IMG/VR virus record: IMGVR_UViG_3300037011_001068
Coordinates: 1-64,000 of that record
Strand: one strand, 5' to 3'
DNA length: 64,000 nucleotides
Source of the DNA: a virus
In this document: positions 57,065-64,000 of the stretch, in pieces
How positions within the stretch are numbered: the first letter of the stretch is position 1
Layout: each line of letters begins with the position of its first letter
Notes under the pieces: generated by a model
What the model saw: the letters and a program-made list of their open reading frames with translations, nothing else
The model's database searches: none
Told to the model about the DNA's origin: nothing
Position numbers and translations under genes: made by a program

Positions 57065-57720
57065 GTGACAACGGGGATAAATTGCTGGATTCAGAGATCA
57101 AGCTTGAGCCTGCGGTGCTGACAAAAGACGGGGGCGTGACGGTTGAGTACATTTACGAGCGGACTTGGACGGCGCTTAATCGTCTGCGGTCATGGGCTCA
57201 GATGATCTCTTGTAAATTGCGCCCCCCTGATAAGGAGGGCAGCGATAAAATTTGTGACGGCATGGAAGATTTTTCGTATATACAAGATTCCATTGATGCG
57301 CTTGCATTATGGGATATTTTTGCTGAGCTCCGTATACATGAGTGTCGTTCTGGGGTTGTGTGGAAGAAAAAAGTGGAAGGTGAGGAAGAGCGAATTTCCG
57401 CTGGGGCTATGGAAAGGCGCATTTCCGAGCTTGCGGCCAAAGGCCCTTGTTCCGATTTTCTCAGATTCGATCTTGAGCAGGAATTTTGGCAGAAAATCCT
57501 TGGTGGGGAAGCGGCCGCGGAATCGGTGCTTCGGGTGTCACGAGCGGCAGTGGACTTTCGATTTGCCATTGAGGCGCTTTGTGCGTCTTCGCGGGAGCGC
57601 TCTCTTGCGATTACTAAGCTCGAGGAGGCGGTTTTGTGGGCGCGAGAATACGTGCTCAAGCGGGCATTGCAGGAGGCTTCATGCGGGGTGCTTCGTGGTC
57701 TATCTTCCCAGAAAAAGTGA
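57061..57720 (+). CDS. protein with C-terminal Acb2/Tad1-like helical hairpin
   Basis: IEALCASSRERSLAITKLEEAVLWA. Confidence 0.55.
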   Translation: MSDNGDKLLDSEIKLEPAVLTKDGGVTVEYIYERTWTALNRLRSWAQMISCKLRPPDKEGSDKICDGMEDFSYIQDSIDALALWDIFAELRIHECRSGVVWKKKVEGEEERISAGAMERRISELAAKGPCSDFLRFDLEQEFWQKILGGEAAAESVLRVSRAAVDFRFAIEALCASSRERSLAITKLEEAVLWAREYVLKRALQEASCGVLRGLSSQKK

Positions 57721-57756
57721 GTGGTTCTCTTCGATTGCAATCCAGAAATTTCGGGG

Positions 57757-57785
57757 TTGATTCATGGGGCAATTTGCCTCATAAT
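57757..57785 (+). promoter_or_regulatory. sigma70-type promoter with operator variant
   Basis: TTGATT-N17-CATAAT with GGGGCAATTTGCCTC in the spacer. Confidence 0.7.
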
Positions 57786-57802
57786 TGGGCAGGAGGTTGT
57801 GC

Positions 57803-58192
57803 ATGATACGCTACATTGATCGAGCCGTGATTTATTATCTGGATTGGGTAAGGGCTCAGGTGGAGGTTCCGGAGGCCTTCCAAGAGAGGGGTGTAGAGCC
57901 GCTAGATCCCGTGTTCTATTTTCCGGCGTATGAGGAATTTCCTGGACCGTGGGATATTTTTCTTTATGCAAATAAGATTTTCTCTTTCCTCAGCGATCCC
58001 ATCTACATCAATCCGAGAAAGATTCGATCCATGTCGGTTGGGGATCTGATTGCGCTCAAGTTTCGGAATGGCGAGACGGATGCCTTGCTTTGCGGCCTTA
58101 CCGGGTGGAAATCCCTGGAAGGTAGCGGGTGGTTCGATCGGTTGGCAAATGGCGGTGGATTTAACTCCGCAGATTACGTTTGCACGCTTTGA
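57803..58192 (+). CDS. YodL-like domain protein
   Basis: AGGAGG SD; IRSMSVGDLI.......C...GW. Confidence 0.55.
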   Translation: MIRYIDRAVIYYLDWVRAQVEVPEAFQERGVEPLDPVFYFPAYEEFPGPWDIFLYANKIFSFLSDPIYINPRKIRSMSVGDLIALKFRNGETDALLCGLTGWKSLEGSGWFDRLANGGGFNSADYVCTL

Positions 58193-58207
58193 AAGTGAGG
58201 TAAGAAG

Positions 58208-58399
58208 ATGTCATTTGAAAGTGAAATTGTGAAGTATTGCTTGACGTGCCAAAATATAATTGCTGGACGCGATGGAAATCGTTGTGCTGTGCATCAAAAT
58301 CTTTTGATTTTTCCTGATGACGCGTTAAAAGTGCCTCCACCTTGCGGTGGAAAAAGCTGGGTGATTCAGTCAGCCTTGGAGCTATTATGGCTAAAATAA
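58208..58399 (+). CDS. small Cys-rich protein
   Basis: CLTC...C...PPPCGG. Confidence 0.55.
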   Translation: MSFESEIVKYCLTCQNIIAGRDGNRCAVHQNLLIFPDDALKVPPPCGGKSWVIQSALELLWLK

Positions 58400-58701
58400 A
58401 TGTGCTGGTGTTCGAGGTTGGGAGGGTAGGCGTGATTCGGGAGATTGAAAATGAGCTAAGCAGCTATCAGGAGGTGGTTGGGGGAGATATCGAAGGCTGG
58501 GGTTTCCCGGCAGCTATGGGCTACGCGGTGATATGTCGCGATTATGGGCGGTATGAGTGCCCTCCGAATCGGGTGATTCACGGGCTTGACATGATCTATG
58601 GCCCTTTCATGATCGTGAAGGTGGACTCTTCAGGGGACGAGGTTTCTATGAGTAAAACGGAAGCGGTTTTTATCCTGAAGTTTTTTTTACAGGAGGGGTA
58701 A
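58387..58701 (+). CDS. DUF3846-like protein
   Basis: REIENELSSYQEVVGGDIE...PPNR...IYGPF. Confidence 0.7.
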   Translation: MAKINVLVFEVGRVGVIREIENELSSYQEVVGGDIEGWGFPAAMGYAVICRDYGRYECPPNRVIHGLDMIYGPFMIVKVDSSGDEVSMSKTEAVFILKFFLQEG

Positions 58702-58711
58702 GGAGAGGGTC

Positions 58712-59418
58712 ATGCTGAAGGACGCAAGGAAGCATTTAAAGACGTTGGGGGGCCTTCTGGGGGGTCCAAATCATGGTGCTGCGGTTGGCACCATGGCCAT
58801 GGCAATGGAAGAGCTCTTGGAGGCTGTGGAGGCTCAGCAAGCGTTGTATGAGAAGATTTGTAAGGTGGAATTTCTTTTTCAAGACCTCGACCGGCGGGTG
58901 CAGGTACTTGAGAGTGGGGAGCTTGAGGAGGGGATCTGCAAGATAGAGGATAAACTCGTTGCCAGGATCAAGGATCTAGAGCAGCGGTTGGCTGCTCTGG
59001 AAGGTTTGCATATCTAAGGAGGTGAGGAATGCTGACGGATAGGCCTAAATGCGTGTACTGTGGGCGTGCTCTCTCCAGGTACACTCGAGGGTGGGTCCTT
59101 CGGGTTAACCGGCAAGAGGATGAGCCGATCGTGGGGCAGCAAGGGGTTCTTGAAATTCTCAAGGTGCGAGAAAATGCCTATGGAAAATTCATACGTTACT
59201 GGAAGGGGGAACACGGTTTTCACGGGGATGGTTATTTTTGCTCTCAAAAATGCTTGCATGCATTTGCTTACGTTCTACTGGAATTTTTGGAAGTCAGCGC
59301 TGGAGATCATGAGTGGGATATTTCACGGGCGCTATTTATCGCGATTCGGGAAAAGCGAATGCCTGAGTTTATTCGGGAGGTTTGCGCTAAGGTGCGGAAG
59401 GAAAAAAATACTCCTTGA
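58712..59418 (+). CDS. two hypothetical genes (58712-59017 coiled coil; 59029-59418 with CxxC...FCS..C)
   Basis: Strong SDs (AAGGAG, AAGGAGGT). Confidence 0.6.
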
Positions 59419-59444
59419 CATCGTAATACGATTCGTAGTATGAT
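59415..59444 (+). promoter_or_regulatory. sigma70-type promoter with overlapping inverted repeats in the spacer
   Basis: TTGACA-N18-TATGAT; TCGTA/TACGA/TCGTA pentamers. Confidence 0.7.
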
Positions 59445-59483
59445 TAGATCATGGGTCAAGGAGACCCAAAAAGGAGCGGAAAA

Positions 59484-60001
59484 ATGAAATGCGAATTTTG
59501 CTTGAATAGCGGAAAAATAGACCCTGATGATGCACTAGAGGCCGTTGAGAAGGTGTGGATGCATCGTCCATTCAGCACTCCCGATTGCCGATGGGTGCAT
59601 CTCTGCCAGGAGTGCATGGACCAAGGGGCCGAGGATGAGGTGGACGAGAAATGCCCGTGTGGGCATGACTATAAGGAGGAGGGTCCATGACCACAAAAGA
59701 AAAACAGGTCCTATGCAAGGCTGAGGTCGTCTGGACACAGGCCTGCGATGCCTGGGAGGATGCCAGAGTGATATGGCGGCAAGAACGTGCGGACTGGGAT
59801 GAGGCCAGAGTGGTATGGCGGCGAGCACGTTCCGCCAGGAGAGATGCAGGGCCCTGTCTAGAGGCAGAGGCCGCTTGGCGTCTAGCCCGGGGGATTTGGG
59901 CCCAGGTTTGCGACGCTTGGGTTGGAGCTGATGCCGTCTGGATCGAGGCCGAGACTGCCCTGGCCGAGGCCGAGGCCATCTGGATCGGAGCCGTGTTGTG
60001 A
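59484..60001 (+). CDS. two small genes (59484-59690 Cys-rich; 59687-60001 Trp/Ala heptad repeat)
   Basis: AAGGAG SDs; ATGA coupling. Confidence 0.55.
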
Positions 60002-60204
60002 CTGCCCGTGACGTGGTATGCGTTCGGCTCTCTTCCAAGGAGCGCTCGATCCTCGAGCGCCACGGGAGACAGCTCGCCGACCAGCTTCGGCGAGATCTCC
60101 ATCTCATTTATGTGATCGAGGAGGCGGAGCGCAAAAAGAAGGAGAAGGGCGCTAGTAAATCGAGTTTGACTATCCAGGAGCTTCGGGATCTCCTGGATTT
60201 TTAG
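59998..60204 (+). CDS. ribbon-helix-helix-like regulator
   Basis: VVCVRLSSKERSILE....LADQLRRDL. Confidence 0.5.
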   Translation: MTARDVVCVRLSSKERSILERHGRQLADQLRRDLHLIYVIEEAERKKKEKGASKSSLTIQELRDLLDF

Positions 60205-60219
60205 GAAAAGAGGTGAAGG

Positions 60220-60450
60220 ATGAACACAAAAGCGGAAGGTGACGCTATTGCAGAAGAAAGAGCAGAGTTTTTCAGGAGAGCGGAAGCGGAAGCTATTGCA
60301 GAAGAAAGAGCAGAGTTTTTCCTGAGAGCGGAAGCGGAGTATGACCGCACGCACCCTCCCATTCCCGGGCCGGGTCCGAGGGAGCGGCTCATTGTGGGGC
60401 GTCGTGCGCTCCCTACGGGGGATGGTGTGTCCGCGCAAACGAGGGATTGA
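60220..60450 (+). CDS. small protein with a 48-bp in-frame tandem duplication
   Basis: 60244-60290 and 60292-60338 nearly identical (AIAEERAEFFxRAEAE x2). Confidence 0.6.
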   Translation: MNTKAEGDAIAEERAEFFRRAEAEAIAEERAEFFLRAEAEYDRTHPPIPGPGPRERLIVGRRALPTGDGVSAQTRD

Positions 60451-61442
60451 TGGCTATGTCACATACAAGACCAGTTGAGCTCATGCGAGCAATGGCAGAG
60501 AAATATCCCAATGCATGGAAGGAGTATGCGGACTTTCGGGCGCGTAAAGGCTCCCCAGATTTCGATGATTGGCCATCGTGGTGCTGGGTGCCCCTTCATG
60601 GCGCTTATGCGATCATTTCTGGAGGGGGTGATGAAAAAGTGCCAGATACAATGTTAAACGACGTATCAATCCTTGGGGCTGTTGCGGCCTGGAGGCAAAC
60701 CCAAGGTGTTTATCATATTGATGTTGATCTAGCATTAGAGCTTCTTGAAGTTCCATTCTCTGGTGAAATTCCTTCCGAGGTTCTTTTTTGCCTTCCGGAA
60801 TGGTGTGTGTATGTTGAGCTAAGTGAAGAGGTTTCTTTTTTTGCTCATCTCGATTGGGATGTCAGTGAGCAACATGCAGAGTTACGGGTTGTTTTATTGA
60901 GGAGCGATCGTAAACCTATGCCTATTGTTGCTCATATTTATTCTAAATCAACAATTGAGGAAATGGTCATTGGCACGGAGAGAGAAATAGAGAAGTTGGG
61001 TCTCATGGTTGATGCGGTTAGAAATTTACGCGATCACATCATTTGTACTTTGCGTACTATTATTCCTGTGCTTCTTTATCTCTGTTCAGATAAGCCTGAT
61101 ATAATCGATCGTGCTGGAAAGAGGAGAAAGCCGGGTCCTCCTCCACCTGTATCAACCGCTACTGGACATAAGTTCTTTCCGCCTGCAAATCCAACGCAAT
61201 GGGATGTTGGATATAAGGTAGGAGCGGTGTTAAGAAGTCACAAGGCAGCAGAGTCAATTCGAGGAGAGGGAACGCATGCGTCACCGAAGCCCCATGTCAG
61301 GCGAGCGCATTGGCACTCTTACTGGACAGGCCCTCGGGACGATCTTGAGAAGCGAAGTATCGTGCTGAAATGGATACATCCTCTCCTGGTAGGAGGCGAT
61401 AAGATCATTCCCACGGTTTATCAGGTAAAGAAGGATCCTTAG
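60450..61442 (+). CDS. AcrVA2/FinQ-like family protein
   Basis: WPSWCWVP, WR.TQGVY, LPEWCVYV, LLYLCS, WDVG, PHVRRAHWH.YWTG...KWI.P. Confidence 0.72.
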   Translation: MAMSHTRPVELMRAMAEKYPNAWKEYADFRARKGSPDFDDWPSWCWVPLHGAYAIISGGGDEKVPDTMLNDVSILGAVAAWRQTQGVYHIDVDLALELLEVPFSGEIPSEVLFCLPEWCVYVELSEEVSFFAHLDWDVSEQHAELRVVLLRSDRKPMPIVAHIYSKSTIEEMVIGTEREIEKLGLMVDAVRNLRDHIICTLRTIIPVLLYLCSDKPDIIDRAGKRRKPGPPPPVSTATGHKFFPPANPTQWDVGYKVGAVLRSHKAAESIRGEGTHASPKPHVRRAHWHSYWTGPRDDLEKRSIVLKWIHPLLVGGDKIIPTVYQVKKDP

Positions 61443-61468
61443 GAGTTTCTGGATCGGGAGCCTAGGGA

Positions 61469-61765
61469 TTAGAGATTCTTTTCCACGATACATTCAATAA
61501 TGGATACCATGGGGACTCCTTTCTCCGCGGCTGCTAAGCGCAGCCGTTTATGGAGCTCGGCAGAGATATCGAGCGTGACCCGGCGGACTTCGCGTTTGCT
61601 GGGTTTTTTTTGTGGAGAAGAATTTATGGACGAGAATTTGACCTCTTCGGGTTTTGCGAGTGCTGCGGGCTCTGCGGGCTCTGCGGTATCCAAGGGAACC
61701 TCGGTGCCTTGCACCCAGGAGTCGGCGGAGGCCTTCGGGGGGATGATGATTTTTTTCTGGGTCAT
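61469..61765 (-). CDS. ParG-like ribbon-helix-helix partition protein
   Basis: [26 protein letters not shown]; flexible N-terminus; overlaps the parA stop. Confidence 0.8.
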   Translation of the reverse strand: MTQKKIIIPPKASADSWVQGTEVPLDTAEPAEPAALAKPEEVKFSSINSSPQKKPSKREVRRVTLDISAELHKRLRLAAAEKGVPMVSIIECIVEKNL

Positions 61766-62400
61766 GACATGTACCCTTTCACGATTTCTGAGAGTACGGC
61801 GAGGATTTCTTGGGCGGCCTTGTTGTCGTCGGTCAGCGGTTGCTCCAAGACCGTGCTTCCAGAGCTCGCGGTTTCAGCAAAGCTGACCCGCTGGCAAATA
61901 GAGGCTGCAAGGACAGGGAGCTGGTATTCCGCGAGAGCGCTTGCCACGTCTCGTCCAATTGCGGTTCCGACGATTTTTCTGTTCACCACGAAGGCGCATT
62001 TCATTTTGGGGTTGTAGATGGCTGCTTCTTTGGCGAGATTCACTACGTCCTGAGCGGCCCATACGTCGTAGGGGGAGGGCTGGACGGGGATCAAGATGAG
62101 GGCGGAGGCGAGCATGGCGCTCCGCACAAGTTCTGTGGTCCGTGGGGGTCCGTCCACGATGACGTGATCATACCCTTTTGCGATGCCGTCGAGGTCTCGG
62201 TGGAGGACCGGTCGATCCATCGCGACGACCGAGAAGAGGGGCGCGATTTGGCGGGTGGCGAGCCAATCCCGGGCGCTCCCTTGGGGGTCCGCGTCCACGA
62301 GGAGGACTTTGTGGTGCCGGAGCGCGAGCCCGGTTGCGAGGTGGAGAGCGACGGTGGTTTTTCCGACGCCTCCCTTTTGGTTCAAAATAGCGATGTGCAT
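61762..62400 (-). CDS. parA: ParA/ParF type Ib partition ATPase
   Basis: AAGGAG SD then [16 protein letters not shown]; DADPQGS; VDGPP; PVQPSPYD. Confidence 0.95.
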   Translation of the reverse strand: MHIAILNQKGGVGKTTVALHLATGLALRHHKVLLVDADPQGSARDWLATRQIAPLFSVVAMDRPVLHRDLDGIAKGYDHVIVDGPPRTTELVRSAMLASALILIPVQPSPYDVWAAQDVVNLAKEAAIYNPKMKCAFVVNRKIVGTAIGRDVASALAEYQLPVLAASICQRVSFAETASSGSTVLEQPLTDDNKAAQEILAVLSEIVKGYMS

Positions 62401-62410
62401 GATTACTCCT

Positions 62411-62459
62411 TTCAGTGGTACAGTAAATCCAGAAATCCAGTATTCTGGATTTCCGGGTG
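62411..62459. promoter_or_regulatory. 8-bp-period repeat array upstream of parA (candidate operator/centromere)
   Basis: TTCAGtgg TACAGtaa(a) TCCAGaaa TCCAGtat TCTGGatt TCCGGgtg; includes inverted repeat GAAATCCAG-TATT-CTGGATTTC. Confidence 0.65.
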
Positions 62460-62502
62460 CTAGGTGTATCGGAGCGCGTTCTTGGAAGCAAGGAAATAAT
62501 GC

Positions 62503-62531
62503 TTGACATAGGAGGCAATTTGCCTCATAGT
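62503..62531 (+). promoter_or_regulatory. sigma70-type promoter with operator palindrome, divergent from parA
   Basis: TTGACA-N17-CATAGT; 28 bp identical to the 49897-49924 promoter. Confidence 0.8.
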
Positions 62532-62556
62532 GAAGGATGAGGTAAAGGAGGCGACC

Positions 62557-63203
62557 ATGAAGCGGTATCGGACGATTGAAGAGGTGACGGTCCAGCGGTG
62601 GTATTACGTGGCGGATGGCGCTGTGGACCATATCTGTCAGCAGTCGGAAGTGATGGGCCCCTACTCGTGCCGGCCGGACAAGTCGGAAGAGATGGCTATT
62701 CGGTGGGTGGATGCGGATGGGTATCTCTACATTGAGCAACCTCAGTATAAGTGGAGGATCGTGGCTCGTTACAAGCAGTGGATTGGGAAGAGCGATCCAA
62801 GTAATTTTGGACAGTTTTTTGTCTATTCTAATGATCCTTCGTGGTTGCACGAACACGCGAACAAGTTAAAATCTCGCGGACACAAAGTATACCGAATAGA
62901 GAAGGTTCTTTACATAGGAAGAGGTGTTTCATGAAACGAGAACAGGCGAAAAAGATGTCGGGTGTGCATTTAGAGGAGTATCTGGATGCGTTTCACCAGG
63001 AGACTTCACTGCGATTATCAAAGGCGGAGTTTCAGCGCGTGCTGGAAGAATTCTTTTTCCTAACATTTGATGCTTATGTTGGCGGAGAGGGGGATCGAGC
63101 GGAGGCTTGGGATAAGTTCGAGAAATGGTTATGGGGAAAAAATACGAATATATCGCCGATTGCGGTATTTCGGGCAGTGGATAATGTGGATTCCTACACG
63201 TAA
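62557..63203 (+). CDS. two hypothetical genes (62557-62934, 62931-63203)
   Basis: AAGGAGG SD; ATGA coupling. Confidence 0.6.
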
Positions 63204-63222
63204 AACGTAAAGGAGGTTTCTA

Positions 63223-63471
63223 ATGACATTGAAAGAAATTTTGAAGCACGCACGCATGCTGGCTTTTGCGGGTGCGGAAAGCCTGCAATCGTTGGATGAA
63301 GTTGAGATGCTCGGTGATTAGCATTTGGAAATTTTGGAGCTTGCGGTGGAGGACCTCGGACGCGCGAAGGAGGAAATCGAGGTTCTTCTGGGGAGGATTC
63401 GGAAAGAATGCGAGGGCGCTTTTACCGACGCGGCAACGCGGACTGGAATGTACGATCGCGACGAGGGTTGA
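63223..63471 (+). pseudogene. helical small gene with in-frame TAG at 63319-63321
   Basis: AAGGAGG SD; the frame continues 49 codons past the TAG to a TGA just before the next ATG. Confidence 0.55.
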
Positions 63472-63475
63472 GGCT

Positions 63476-64000
63476 ATGCGGATTGATCTTCACATCCACA
63501 CCCAGGGAAGCGATGGCATCGGGAGGCCTTCGGAGATTGCCGAGGCGGCGGTCCGGGCTGGGCTCGAGGGGATTGCCATCACGGACCACCATCGCACACG
63601 GACTAAGGCGGGCGAGCAAGTGGCGGAGGCGTGCCGGGCGCGAGGCCTTCTCGTGGTCCGCGGGGCGGAGTATTCGGCAGCCGAGGGGCATGTTTTGGTT
63701 TTCGGGGTGGCAATGGAGGACCTCGCTTTTGGGTTCTATGCCCCCATGCAGACCGTGATTCAGCGGGCATGGGAAGCCGGTGGGGTGGCTATCCCGGCTC
63801 ACCCCTACCACGGATACCGTTCTTGCCTTGGGAGTGGTCTAGCGGCCCTCTCTGGCCTTGTGGCGGTGGAGACCTTCAACGGCCAGGTGGAGACTCGTTC
63901 CCCGGAGGAAAATTGGATGGCTCGGGTGGCGGCGCAGGCGATGGGCCTTCCAGGGGTGGGCGGGAGCGACGCTCATTTTCCTCTGGCTGTGGGGCGATGC
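63476..64000 (+). CDS. PHP-domain phosphoesterase (partial; runs off the window end; not in the ORF track)
   Basis: MRIDLHIHT..SDG, IAITDHH, GAEYS...GH, PAHPY, VETFNG, GGSDAHF. Confidence 0.9.
   Translation, partial: MRIDLHIHTQGSDGIGRPSEIAEAAVRAGLEGIAITDHHRTRTKAGEQVAEACRARGLLVVRGAEYSAAEGHVLVFGVAMEDLAFGFYAPMQTVIQRAWEAGGVAIPAHPYHGYRSCLGSGLAALSGLVAVETFNGQVETRSPEENWMARVAAQAMGLPGVGGSDAHFPLAVGRC

Noticed and set aside
62401-62856. 151-aa N-terminal extension of ParA in the ORF track
   Set aside because: An SD and the conserved ParA start are at 62400; the extension overlaps a promoter and a + strand gene
54060-63471. Genome-wide stop-codon reassignment or selenocysteine
   Set aside because: TGA and TAG terminate many genes, often in ATGA/GTGA couplings; the TGA at 54978 does not align with a Cys of its paralogue
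1-64000. Frequent CTCGAG/GAGCTC hexamers as a special signal
   Set aside because: Plausibly explained by Leu-Glu/Glu-Leu codon pairs (CTC GAG); not quantified

Overview
This window is part of a large tailed-phage (myovirus) genome, almost entirely coded on the + strand, in three blocks. (1) 1-26.7 kb is a contractile tail module: neck/completion proteins, sheath, tube, a frameshifting tail chaperone, tape measure, hub, spike, baseplate wedges, LamG/FN3 adhesins and a fibre, ending in a holin/spanin-like cassette. (2) After a 640-bp AT-rich, repeat-rich intergenic region (candidate origin), 27.4-49.8 kb holds replication/recombination genes: SF2 helicase, Hfq-like protein, DnaB-like helicase, primase, sigma-like factor, PolA with two mini-inteins, SSB with tandem repeats, RecA, SbcCD, RuvC, a beta-clamp-like protein and an amidase. 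(3) 49.9-64 kb is an early/accessory region under sigma70-type promoters with a shared operator. It encodes an ADP-ribosylglycohydrolase, a tRNA-like RNA, a broken sigma70 region-4 protein, Acb2/Tad1-like and AcrVA2-like proteins, a ParA/ParG-type partition pair and a PHP phosphoesterase. The strongest unexplained signal is the 10-mer TCCAG(A/C)AATT, which I located 41 times by eye on both strands (about 0.25 expected by chance). It is the conserved half of a 16-bp palindrome, and its TCCAG core forms an 8-bp-period array directly upstream of parA. All family calls are from motif recognition, not database searches.
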